NCBI GenBank assembly: GCA_951406725.2
Contig: OX597816.1
Span: forward strand, 130,138,001-130,202,000
Length of the DNA stretch: 64,000 nucleotides
Direction: 5' to 3'
Source of the DNA: Octopus vulgaris
Taxonomy: Eukaryota
Of this stretch, positions 39,035 to 53,325 are shown piece after piece. The notes under the pieces were generated by a model that ran no database searches, was not told the origin of the DNA, and saw only the letters and a program-made list of their open reading frames with translations. Both the position numbers and the translations under genes were made by a program. The stretch's first letter is position 1; every line of letters starts with the position of its first letter.

Positions 39035-42000
39035 CTACAAAAGAAAAAGAAAAAAGGAAATTTTAATTCTAAAATGTCAAAAGTTCACCAAGATTACACG
39101 AAATATATTTGTATGTTAATATAAAAAAAAAAACAGCAACTTTAATAAATTTCTTTGGGAGGAAAAGAAAACCCTTGAAGGTTTTAACATCCCCAAAGTA
39201 TCATATTCAGGGAAGTTGTATGTGCAAAGATTAATTACTGAATTCTAGCAGATTTAGGGAAGCTGTACATGCAAAGGTTAAATACTAAATCTTATATTTT
39301 AAATTATTTAATCCTTGTGAGTGTATTAGATGATTGGGTGAAGACTTAAATGAATACTTTAAATGAAAACAGCACAATTTTTATATGCTACTAAAATTAT
39401 GCCCTTCCTCAAAGTGATTATTAATTTTGTTTTTATTCTAAACAATGAGAAGTTGGATATATGCCTAAAATTAAATACAAATTTATTTGCTATATCTTCT
39501 TGGCAACAGAACTTTTTTAATAGCTAATGTACATATTAACCAAAACAAATGTAGTTCTACAACTCATAAAAAATTATCTTCATACATTTTGTCAATAACA
39601 CTAAGACAAAATGCTGAGTTACATTTAGTAGAATGAAATATATTGAAGTATTCCAAAGAAAGAAACATCACTTTAAAATTGTTTGAAAATGATACAAACC
39701 ATGAAATTTGTAGCAAAAACAATATATTTGCAATTCTATATCAATTGCAATTGTTACATTTCACTAGATTTTATTTTTAATTAACAACAGTTAAAACAAC
39801 ATGTATGTAATTAACTTTTTTGTTTTTATTTTCCTTTTTGATTAGTAATGATTAAAAATATTAAATGTTGATAGCTTCTCTTACTTTAATATCATAACCA
39901 GTTAATATTATGTTTATATTATGTTAAAGATGAATTAATTTCAATTGGTGGAATGTGAACAAAATCATCTTCGCTCAACTGGTTGTCCTCTTGGGGACAA
40001 AAAACAAACATGATAATTATTAAGAAAGAAAATTTGAGATATAAAAATAATCCACCAATCCAAATTATTTAACAGGATTTTGACCTGCTTGAAGATTGAC
40101 CAAACATTCACTTTTCTATGTGTAATAAATATTATGTAATTTAAAAAAAAAGCTAATTGAAAAGAAATTGTCATAAGGCTTAGCAGCAATTTCATTTATG
40201 AGGATAAAAGCCGTCTATTTAGAGATATATTTTGCACAAATTGAAATGATTTTCTTTTTTGCACAAATTTTGCAGTTCATTGCTATATTCTTAGTTCAGT
40301 TTTGAGGTCTGTAAATATAAACCAAGCAAATCAAAATAAATTCTTGCACTTACTAGAAAAAAAAAAGGATAAAAAGACAAGAGTATCCCCCAACAGTAGA
40401 AAAAAAAACAACAAAAAAAACTCAAAAAGTGATGCAGTATATACACAAGCAAATATACTGAACATGCATCAGTTAACCACATGAAGTAAGCTGAAAAGTA
40501 AACATGTGGAGCATGCAGATATCCAAGTTTATATTTAATACTGCATGCTGGTTTGGCTATCTGAAAGCGCATGCACCTAATTCAACAAACATGCCTTTAT
40601 AACATGACTAATTAGAATGTAACACCCCACTCTAACCATTACTAACCATATAAAAATATAATTATTACAGCAATCATCATTTATTAATGCCCACAAAGGG
40701 TTAATTGAAAAAGAAGATAATTATTAGTCATCGTGAGGTAAAACTGTAAAAAGTAATGAAACAAAATTAAAACACTATAAAAACCAACTAAATAACAAAA
40801 CTATTAATGTAAACTCTGCAATGCTTATAGCAAAAAAATAAAAATTCTTATCTTAAAAAATGTTTGTTATAAAAATAAAATAAGAGTTTTCTCAGTTACA
40901 TTTTAAAAAATTTAATTCTTCTACATTTCTTATGAATAAGTTTTTAAAATAGAAACCAAAATTTCTAACAATAAATATTAAACAATTTTAATGATAGAGA
41001 ATAAAAATAAAAAAGAGTCTATATTTTGAAACTTTAAAATTTGTTACAACTGTTTAAATTTTAAAAGAAAAAAGTTTATTAGACATAGGTTTATTAGACA
41101 TCAGTAGGTTTATAAAAAATTATTCAACAATTTATCAGTTTATTAGTTTAAGGTTGTTATGCAAGTGTAAGTATTTTTATAGTAATTTACTGACAAAGGT
41201 TATTGAAACATTGTTTCAGTAACATTCATATTTCACTATAGATTTAACTTTGTTAACAATTTTCAAAATTGTTTCAGATAAGCATTATGAGTGGTTATTT
41301 CAAAGAAAAGCATTTTAATGTAAAAGACTTGCCCCAAGAGCATATATTGCAAGAAAATCAAAAATAAGGCTAGAGTATTCTATATTTAGCTAGAGTTAAT
41401 ATTTTTTAGCAATGAAATCCAAGTAGGGCTGTGTCTTTAATATGAACATTTAAAATTTTCCATGATATATTACTTAAATATATATATTTAAAGATTTGCT
41501 TCTCCTACCAATGAGTCATCAAAAATTTATTTTATTATAAATGATAGAGCACCAATATTTTTAATGAAATAGCACAAAAGACCCTTAAAATAAATTGATT
41601 TTTCCTAATATCAAAAAAATAATACATTTCATTTCTGCTCATAATTGCAATACTTTAAATTGATCCAATCAACAGAGGAAATTCAACACATGCTTCTAAG
41701 CTCTTAATGTTTAGATTCCTATCTTCAAAATTTTACTCATGATCAGAAGTCTTTCATACAGAACTTCATTGTTTTCCATCCTTCCATACATCAATAACTT
41801 AAGAAAATTTAAAACCATGGTCAAATTTTTCCATATCACTCAAACTAATTAGTCCACCTATTCAGAATAGTTGCCAAATTTCTTTCAACAAATTCCCTAC
41901 CAAGTTTAAAACAAGAACCAAATGAATTTAAGTCTTATGTATGAAAATAACTTACACCATGGCCAAGATGAGCACATTTTAAAGTGTTGATAAAATCTTA

Positions 42001-45000
42001 TTTATGCTACAGATCTATCCAATAGAACTGACAATGGCCACACAATAAAAACAATAAGGTATCTAATGTCTCCCATGACCAACAAAATCAAGTAACAAAT
42101 TGCCAATATAAACAAATGTTTCAAACTATGTACATTTTTACAACTGAAAAAACTAAATTTCCTGTAAATGGAAACATAGTTTTAATATGAATCTCCTCCA
42201 CTTTATAAGTATATACCATCATTCAACGTCTATGTCCCATGTTGGTATGGATTAGATAGTCTGACAGATTTGACAGGTCCAAGAACTGCAATGTGTTCAA
42301 TTGTCTATTTTGGCATGGTTTCTATGGCTGGATGCCCTTCCTAATGCTAACTACTTTATAGCACACACTCAGTGCTCTTTTCATGACAATAGCACAAGTA
42401 AGGTCACCATACAGCTTGCAAGACAGGGCTTTATGTTTGGAAATGAAGGGTTAAAGTATGAGAGAAGGAGGTCTGTAGCTCTACCTCTCAAGTCCTTAAT
42501 AATTTTATCTGCTGTTGATTTGAACTGCTTATCCCTCTGTATGGTCAGCATGAGGTAGCCCCTCTTCATCTCACACATTCACCACTTTCAGCAGCCTCTC
42601 ATATTAGTACTAAGTGAGTAAATTGATTTTAATGTTTGTAGAACAACATACTTAAAAGAGATGGTTTCCCTTCCCACACATACATATATATATACATACA
42701 TACACACACAAGCATGCATATAGACACACAAAGGATAGTTTATACAAATGGGAGAAATAGAACTCAATGCATAAAGTAGAATACTAATATTACTTTATGA
42801 TGATGTACTTCTTAGTTACATAAATTATATATATGACTAAGACGTCCAAAATTCAAATAAAGAACTTAATACAAGCCGTATGTAGAATTATATAAAATGA
42901 ATGTTGTTTATGATTTACAAAATGCCTGAGTTTTCACATCATCTGAGAATAAAAGACATTCTACAAGACAGTTAAATAGATGCTACTGCATTACTTAAGA
43001 ACTAAAAGGCCTAAAAACATTAGAAGCAAAGCAAATGCATAAAATAATGAAAAAAAAGGGTGTATATGGGGGGAGGGTTTTGCCTTTAAGTTCTTATTAG
43101 TATATACTGAACTGTATTTTAGAATACCTCTTATATTCTCAATCTATGCTGAGACAGTAACGCTTTGTAAATCACAAGAAGAATGGACGCTTTGTAAATC
43201 ACAAGAGAATATATGGACACATTCTCTTTTTATTGTACGAGATTCATGGTTAGGTATTATATGATTGAAATATACATTATATGAATGCATGCTGTAAGAA
43301 GTGACTAAAAGGCCACCTTGCTGCAAAATACTTTCTCAAAAAATGACAGCATAAGAAAGCAAAGAGATGATATATATAACTGCAAGCATATGCATATACA
43401 GGTTGATATATGAGAAAGAGGGAAAGAGAGATGAAGAGATCATGCCTATAACTTGATTACTCTATCCCAAGAAGGTATAGAAAGTAAAGACTGCATGTAT
43501 TTCAATATAAACTTGGAATGTTAATGTGTCATTTTAAATAAGTATGATAGCATAATTATACTAGATTTTAAAATTCATTTTTCCATCATGAATTAACTAA
43601 ATGTGTCAAGAATTTATAAATACATGAAATATAGTTGAGAATAGCCAACCAGCTCTACTCAAGTGTAACTGATTGAATAGTTTCAGAATAACCTAAAGCA
43701 AACCAAATATGTGTTGCTTAAATCTGATATAAGACTGTACTTATATCCCATGGCAGAATATTATAGTGTAACAATTGTCAATCATATAGTCAGTTTGCTA
43801 CCCTGGTGCAGTTTGCAATAGAAATTGGTTCTGTAGATTCCATGGATACATAGTAAATTTAAATCTTCACATTTATTATAGAGCATATGGCAATTCAGTA
43901 ATGAGTCTTGCTTTAGTATATAGAGATGCAAATGATGCAACAACAATTTCAATATGCATTTTAGGAATGTTCAGGTGTAATGGAGAGACAATGAGTTTAA
44001 GATGTATTGTACAAGTGTTCTGATTATTTAGCTCCAAATCATCGTTAAACTAATAGACATATAATCCAAGACATTTCAGCAATGACTTTTCCACCTTTTA
44101 TTGAAAGTGTATGTCAGACATGTTTAAAAGCTAGCCAATGAAGGAGCCTCTACACAATTGCTCAAGAAATAGCACCCACATCTCACTCAATTGTTTTAGT
44201 TGTGCTTTCAAGCTCGCTCTCTCTTTCTCTCTCAGTTTTTCTCTTAATATTAGAACAATTAATGTCCAAAATGATTCAGTGTTTCAATTGAAAGACATGT
44301 ATTAGACAGTTTTTGTTTAGGATATAGTATCCAATATTTGCTGTGGTTGAAAACACAAAACAAACACCACCTTCCTTTGTGTCACCACTCACTCCTCTCT
44401 CTCTTTCTCACGCCATCCTATATCAGCAGTTAATGATTAAAAAATAAAGGATGTTGTTTTACATAGGTGCTTGTACATAACCAGGAGTACAAATTGAAAT
44501 GCAAAAGAACAAAACAATAAATGGATTTATGAATGAAAGTTTGGTAATTGCTTTTATTTCCACCACGTGACACTTATTATTGCAAGCATGTTTTAACTAA
44601 CCTAAACTATACACGCACACAAATACATTCATATATATATATCTCGAGTTGTAGCTGTAATTCAAAGGGGCCAACATTGTCATATTGTGTGGGGTGTAGT
44701 TCTCCTTGAGAACTACGTTAATGTTATGCATGTTTGTGGAGTACTCAGCCATTTGTGAGTTAATTTTATCCTCGTGTGGTAATGAAAAGTGAAACTGACA
44801 TCCAATATTTGCTGCTTATCTGTGTACGAGCTTTTCTTTGGATTTATGCATCTACTTTCTCTCTCTTTCACTTTCTTTGTGTCCCTTTTCTCTCACGCTT
44901 TTGATTTAACAAAGTGTATATGTATCTATTTCTCTTGCGATATGATAAGCATTTAAAACACAAAATGAACGCCGTCACCACTCAGTCTCTTTCACTCACC

Positions 45001-47744
45001 CTCTTTCTCTCTCACTCTCTCTTGCTTTGCCACTTCTTTAAAGTAACTGTGACACACACATCAGGTACATACAAAAGCAAAAAGTTAGCATATTAATATT
45101 ACTGATGATGCTGTTGTTGAGCAACTGAAATTTCATATCATTTATGCTGTAACAAGATTATAATTGAGATTTTAATTTAAATAACACTTTACTCCAGGCT
45201 ATCTCAAGTATATTAGTATTAAAAGGGTTAAAGTAAACATGCATTCACTAAAGGCATATTTCATTAAACAGAAAATAAGCTACACAATATGAGATTAGGC
45301 CATACAATGCAATATTCTTTCTGAAAAATAGGATGTGGAAACAGGAAAAAGAGAAAAAAAAAGAGCTAAATCATGGCTCTAAAATATGAGACTTCCAATA
45401 ATCAATGATTTCCATACAAATAGTCCTCCAAAATTGAAGAAAAAAAAAGAAAAAAGAAAAAAAGTAAAAAAAAAGAGAATGTATGTTCCAAAAGGATTTT
45501 CAAATATGAGTCATCGTCACTATCATTAATGATTTTATGCCTGCTGTTTTATTGCTACTTGGGTTGAAGAAGTAAAAAAAACAGCATCTTTCTACATGTC
45601 TTTACACCGAAAAAGATTTTGTAAAGGTTGCAGCTGTCTGTTTATTTTTAAAATGGCTAGGATTCTCTTATTAATTAGCAACTGCTAAGTTAGAACAGAA
45701 GACACAAGAGACATTTTTTTTTATACTGACAACAGCACCACAGAAGTTGTCTTCAGAAACCTATAACCCTTCTATTCAGTTCAGGATACAATGAACAAAA
45801 CAATAAATCAAGTTATGTGTGTTTGCTATGTACAACAATACTTATTAGCTTGAATTCCATAGAATGAATACAAAACATGAGCCAGATAAAAGAAAGAATT
45901 GGTGTCAATGTCAGCCATACTGATGTGGTAAATTTTCTACATTATAAACCTATAAAGCATTCAAACATACGAGAAAGCTCAATGAATGAAATATCATTTT
46001 TGACTCTGATATTACTTAAGTTATAGGACTAGATTGGATTATAACAAAACTTGGTATCAAGCACTGCAAAAGAATTTATTTCAAATTTTCCTATCCAATA
46101 GTTGATATATAATTCATTATCCCTAAAAGGATGGAAACCATATTTCAAAACTAATATTTGTGACAGGAAAGAAAATTTGCTCTCAGATATTTGTAAAAGA
46201 GGACATTTTATAAATATTTGGCAGTATTTTTTCTAAAATGTATATGAATTGATAACTTGCAATAGCTATTGGTTAAAATGCACCCAAAGTAATGATCCAA
46301 GCGAAGTATTTCATCTAATTTGTCCATTGGATTTCAAAGATTTCTACTCTAACTTAATATTACATTAGAAAATTATTATCATACAAGATTCCTCTATGCT
46401 ATGGAAACTCTGGTTATGGTTTCAAATGTGGTTACATATTATTCACAAGAGTTTTGTAGAAATGCATTGTATTCTATAACTTAAAAAAAAAAAGGTTTGC
46501 ACTGTAGCATATCCTTATAATAGCAAATTCTTCAGGAATACAAATTTTCCAGAATGAAAAGTATTGCAGTACTTATACAGATTCAAAATTTTAACCAAAA
46601 ATTCTTAAATATTTCTTTTGAGGTGTATGGAACAGCAACAATTAAAATTTCATTATGTCAATACAAGGCATCATCATCACCATCATTTAATGTCCAATGA
46701 CCATGCTGGTATGGGTTGGACAGAGAGAGAATGTATGTGTGTGTGTGTGTATTAACAACAACAAAATCTGCCAATGTTGCTGTTTACTTTTTAGAAATCT
46801 TGGCTAGGGGAGTAGAATGAGAAGACATTTTTCTTTTTTTTTGTTATATTGAAAATTAAGAGATGAGAACATTACTCAATCTCTCAAGAGTGAATATATA
46901 AGAGAAATCAATTTTGTTGTCTCACACAAGTTCAAATTATAGAGAAAATATATCAATAATTTGTTTTAGCTGGCCATTATACCCAAAACAGAGAGAGGGA
47001 AGTCTACAAAAATATATAGCTTTTGTGAACAATGTAGTATAAAATGAGGCAGTTTAATTGTAAATAATAATAGTTAATGAGTTAATGGTTGTCTGAAAAC
47101 TTTTTTATCTTGGTGTTTCAAAATTTTAATTCCTTTAAAACTCCTGTTACTAGAGTGTCACATATATTTTAGATTTAGTTAAATGCTTTTAGATAAATGT
47201 TTTATAACAATATTACAGGGACAATTTTGAAAGTTCATCACTGCGGACATGTGTCAGAGATTCAACAACACTGCCTCAGAATAGTGAGAAAATGTTAAGC
47301 ACTGAAGACTATAACAAGCGTAAAATAAATAAAATAACAATCATAACCATCAGATTCATTCATTTCCACAACAGAGACAAATCTTGAATACTGTACTACT
47401 TCATAACAATAAAGAATAAAGATTCTGCCAAGTAACTAAGTACATGTGTAAATAACTGCTTCAATAAATCTGTGATCTATTGATAGTGATATACACTTTG
47501 TGTAATAATAGAAAGAAGATGAAATATCATGAAGTAAATATTTGTCTACTTCAGTCAAGAAAGCTTCAATAGTAATAGGCCACAAGAGTTATTTTTGTTT
47601 GGACTTTAAATGTGAATAAATAAAGACACATTGTATCTCCATTTACTTTTATATTATTCTTTCTTAAAATAATCTTGATTATCAAAATCATAATTTATTA
47701 AACGCAAGCAATTATTAACATATATAATTATTTTCCTTAGTTTG

Positions 47745-47831
<87 letters not shown>

Positions 47832-50579
47832 ACACACACATATATATATATATATAGACAGAGAACTATCTTTAGTTCCATTAATATTCAAAAAGCAGTT
47901 ATATGAAGAAAAGTAATAAAGAAATAAATCAAATATAAAAAGAAATGTTCATTCAATGTAGCTATTGGTAATTGCCATCAACTATCAGCCATTGTCAATC
48001 TAAGCAACAATATGCTTAACTGGCACAAAATGCACTTTTACCATATTTATTGCTACAACAGTGATCAATGACATTGAATAAAATCCACTTAAGGAATTCA
48101 AGCGGAATAAGTGATATTTTAAACTGAAAGAAAGAAATTGAAAAAAATACAAATGGGAAATGTACACAGACACAATTTTGTCTATTTGTGATCTAAAGTC
48201 AAAGCTGAAACATCTACATTTCCCACTCATATACTTGTATATTAAAAAATAGTAATAATAATAATAATCAACAATACCTATCAAATATTATGTACAGAGA
48301 AGAGGTGGCTTTGTTACATGCATGTCTTTTGCAAGAGCATAGGGATAAGAATAAAATGTACTAACTGTGGCTAGTAATCAGTATGGCAGTTACATCCTAA
48401 GATGCAGATCCTATATAAACATCCCCTAAAGATGCAGAAGAGCTCATTGACAGGAAAGAAATTTGTTTGACAGAGGATCAAGAAAAGGTGGTTGGAAATT
48501 GTCATAGCTGATGAACTACAAGTGACTTGGCTCTTTCTAGAACTGCTAATATTAAAATGGCCTGTTTCCCTGAACTATCAAACTGAATACTACCTCTACT
48601 CTTATCAATTTGATGTACCCATCTTTAGCTCCCTTATTACATCTCATTTATCCTCACACTTTGTGCAAAATATTTTTCATAATCACCTTCTTGCAGATTC
48701 CTACAGGTATTTAAACTGAATATCAACTACTAGGACCATTACCCCCATTTCTTTTTAAGCAGATTATTTTTTAAAAATGTAAAAGTTTACTCAAGGCTAG
48801 AACAAAATTCAAGGGAAATTCAGTGAAGAATCTTATGTGCAGATGGATGATATCGGAGTATCATCCCCCAACTCTTTTTTTTCTTTCTAACAAAGTTTTT
48901 GAGAAAATAACAGAATTCAAGATTGAATCTGTTTTGTTGTACTGCCAAAGAGTTGCATAAAAAGTTCTGAACATGGAGGAAAAATCCTTTGACCAAATGA
49001 CTTAAAAGCCGAGAGTGGAAAAGCCAAAGTAGTGATAAGTAAGACAGAGCACAAAAACAAAAAAATAATAAAACATAAAAAAAACAAAAAAACAATGCAT
49101 TCAAGTGGATTTGTTTAATATATAGAAAAGGAATGGGTAAGAAAATCTGTACTATGAAATGAAGTACATAAATTCCTCAGAATAGGAGAAATTGTTGCTA
49201 CCTAGTCAACTTAAGCTCAATACAACAATTTTTACCATTTCAACACTATTTGATGACTGAATTTAAAAAAAAAGTTATGAAATAAGTACAGAGAGCTGTT
49301 ATCTCCATTGGTGGATACAAAAAGTTTTTCTCTCAATATAAAAAGAAAAAAATATGTATTAATTATTTGGGTTTTTTTTTTTCAAGAAATGGCGATATAT
49401 TTCAGTTGCATTAAAACCATGTCAGCATGGAAAAACCAGGCAAATGATTATAATAACTTTATAGGATGTATATTATCTATATATGAGTGAATGGAATAAG
49501 TGATGAGCAGTAACAGAAAAGGTGATGGTGAATACTAGAAGTGCTAAGTAAAAGGTACTCCTACTTAAATGTCAACATTTCATGAAATTCAACACAGTAA
49601 TAAAAAGTCAACATTGATCTCAAAAATTTGATATTTCCTGTCATTGTGAACAACCACTTTGCTCAATAATACTTAGCAGAATTCTGCCTCACTTGCTACA
49701 GAGCTAATTACCAAGTCCTCACATAAACCATTTATATTTATAAGGAAGATATAGTTGTTTGCTTCAAGTCAACATATTTTATAAACCCCTATATGCATGA
49801 AAAGTCAAGTTCCCAAACACTAAATCTTAAATTGAAATTTAAGAGGAATGAAATTAGATACTGTAATGTACTTTGCCTAAAAATCTACTGTTACTTTTAT
49901 TTTTAGTGCTCTAATGTGCTAATTATTGATTTCTAACATTAGCATGAGGTCACAATTTTGTAATAAATAGATGTAGATAACTGAGTTGAGCCTAAAGCAT
50001 TACAGCTATTATTTTATTGATCCTAGATAGATATATGGCAAAGCTGTTCCCAGCAAGAAGTACATATTAAACTAAACACTGTAAAGCATTTAGTTTGAAT
50101 TCTGCTACTTCTTGTCAACAAGTACCCAATTATGTATTAACTACTAACATGATTATTAGAGCGGTATAACAGAAATAATAGTCTATTCTTTCATACTTTC
50201 AGGGTTGATAAAATATATTATTGTTGTTGTTTATCAGCAGACTGACCCTCAGGCATGCAGGTCTATATTATCAAATGTATCCTTTCATTATCTAAGATGG
50301 GTGTGATTTGAGGAAGATCTGGTTGCTTTTTCTATATGACGAGCAGCTATAATAGAGGTTCTCTTGTTGGCATGTTTTTTCCTTGGATTGATATATACCA
50401 ATAATGCTCGTTTCTTAAAATTTCATGGCCTTGTGCTAGTCTTAGAAATTATTATTAATATAGAAGCAACAAAAGCTTAAATTTTTTTCATCTCTTTTTT
50501 TCATACCCTGGTTTAGATTGTTTGGAGCTACTGCCTACCTAGATAGATTGGGAAACATGTCTTACATCCACAATTTCAT

Positions 50580-50894
50580 GCAGCCCCGACTGACCTCCGT
50601 GCTGGTGGCACGTAAAAAGCACCATCCGATCGTGGCTGTTGCCAGCCTTGCCTGGCCCCCGTGCCGGTAGCACGTAAAAAGCACCATCCGTCCGTGGCCG
50701 TTTGCCAGCTCCATCTGGCACCTGTGCGGGTGGCACGTAAAAAGCACCCACTACACTCACGGAGTGGTTGGCGTTAGGAAGGGCATCCAGCCGTAGAAAC
50801 ACTGCCAGATCAGACTGGGTCTGATGCAGCCTTCTGGCTTCACAGACCCCAGTTGAACCGTCCAACCCATGCTAGCATGGAAAGCGGATGCTAA

Positions 50895-50930
<36 letters not shown>
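50580..50930 (+). mobile_element. RTE-tailed SINE-like repeat with internal tandem units
   Basis: Three cacgtaaaaagcacc units, family core, long (gat)n tail. Confidence 0.85.
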
Positions 50931-50932
<2 letters not shown>

Positions 50933-53279
50933 AGACATCCAATCAGAAAAACTATCACCAACTGCTTTATAGAGTGCACAGAGTGCAATTAATACTATCA
51001 GCACTAGAGAGGTTGTCTTGTCCTTAGCAAAACTAAAGTGTCCTTTCTACAATGTTTGTTTTTTCACCAGCAATAGAATGTCCTTAGTAAAACTAAAAAA
51101 AATTTCACTTTCTTTGCATTGTCTCTGTATTTTCATTCGTTTCTTTCCTATACAAATTAGGAAAGAATTAGACTGAGATGATGACAAAAGTGTAAAAGAA
51201 GAGAAGCATCAAGTGATTGGAACAAGAGAATAGATGAGAGAGTGAGAGACAGCTACTACATGAAGATTGTTGATAAGAAGATTGAATAGAAACAACACGA
51301 CTAGTGTCATAGAAAAAGAGAGAGTGCAGAAAGCGAGAGGTGACAGAGAGCAATGAGTAAGAGACTATGGTGTGAGAGTGATGGATATCAGCAATAAGTG
51401 ATGGAGGGAAACAGAAAAAGATGGTTTGTAGAAAAGAAAAGGAGGGGATTGACAATAGATAAATCCAATGATGTCATTCCTTGTTACATAGGTGGCATGA
51501 TAGGAGGAAGATAGAACTGTAGGGAGCATAGTGGTACAAGAGAGGCTGAGCGTACTTTGAGACAAAATGAGATAGTAATAAAGAGTGGCAGAAGTGGATA
51601 GCAGTATGTAGAGATTTAACATGAACATAATGGTTGAGGGAGATACTAATATAGATATTATATATACCAATCTCCATCACCATTACCATCTTTTTTATGT
51701 CTGTTTTTCCATTCAGAAGTAAATTGAAGAGACAGTTATAAATACGAACAGAATAGGAAATCAGTTATTAGACATTTTACCATGAAAATTAAAATATTTT
51801 AATAAGCTTTAGAATTGTTTTACTTAAGAAAAGTATGATGACAATAATAATGATGCTTGACATTGTTTTGTCAAGCTATGTTAAAAGCTTGGACTGCTAA
51901 AGAGGGTAGTAGTGATCCTGGAAGATTTTTGGATCTGAAAATCTATGAAGGCAGATTTTCAAGTCTGGTGGAGATAGTGACCAGTATGGCAAGTCACTGT
52001 GCAGGGTGACAGGACTTCTAATGTCACATTTCAATAAACTGCGAGGAAATGATGTAAAAAAAAAAGTAGCTGGTATCTCAAAAACAAGTAACAAACCTAA
52101 ACAAAAAGAAATTGAATATGGTGCAGGATGGTAGCAGTAACTAGTATTTGATGCTTGGTAGAAGAACTTGCAATTACAACAAGGATCACATGATCTTGTT
52201 AGTTTATAAACAGCCAAAATCCAAAGGTATGCCTGACTAATATCTGGTAAATATTTGGTGGATGTAGCCAATTCAGCTACTTAGACTCTAATTGCAAGCA
52301 ATGTTTTAATTTCTCTTCCTGCCTAACCATGAGGCTCTGATATATAAAGTGACCCCACATCTGTTGGAGTACATTGCTGTCATATCAATACTATATCTAG
52401 AGATGTCTATTTTGAGCTTAACTGTGGATGCTAGAGTAGTTCCTTGAAATGTGCATTGTCCTCATCCAAATAAAATAAGAAATATGTGTTAGTCACTCAA
52501 GGATGGAGCAAACTAAAGAAATGGATCCAACAACTCTGATTGTTGATCATCATTAGCAGTATATTCTCAGGATGAAGCAGTAAACTGGTCTTGAAGAGCT
52601 GACATATAAAATTGTCTTCATCTAGGACACAAAATAAAAGGGAGCTATGGATAAAAAGATCAGTGAGGCTTCATGTCGTCTTCCAAGTGCATGACCAGCC
52701 CGAATAGTGTGGCAGAGGTTATCAATGAGAAAAGTGAGAAAATAAGGGACATCTCTGAGGTCAGTGGACTGTCAGAAGATCAATTTAGCATCAACTAGTC
52801 CTCGGGCTGTTTCTTGATATGCCTCTCTCAAGAAGAATGCTCCAATGATAAACAAAGATAAATTCTGGAATTCCACTGACATTCATCTCCAATTGATTGA
52901 CCAAGATAAACACAACCTGATGGGCAGTGATCTGAATGGCAAAGTGGGTGAAGCAAGGGACAGCTACACTAAATTTCATAGTGGAAGGGAATATGGTGAT
53001 TAAGACAATAAAGAGAATGACACCATAACCTTTACCACAACTTATGACCAGGGCATTCTCAATACTTTCTTTACAAAGAAGACTACGTATCAGTAGCAGA
53101 CAGCTAATTTAGATTGACTACTGGATGCTGCACCAACATAGCTTAAGACCAAGGTGATCCCATCAGGTTTTATTTTCTCACAATACTGCATACTCACCCT
53201 CAGTCTTAGTTTTGGCTTACAATGGTTATTTAATTGTCTATATTTGTATGTGTGCGATTTGTGTAAGCATATGTGTGTG

Positions 53280-53325
<46 letters not shown>

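Noticed and set aside
40350-40380. ttttttttttctag followed by taagtg (overlapping AG/GTAAGT)
   Set aside because: The G is shared, so it is not an AG|GT ratchet site; a 3-nt TAA exon would need a very weak gtgcaa donor.
51000-53050. Purine-rich plus-strand tract with several short ORFs and a GSDLNGKVG-like motif near 52921
   Set aside because: Probably an old LINE endonuclease remnant, but too decayed to call or delimit.
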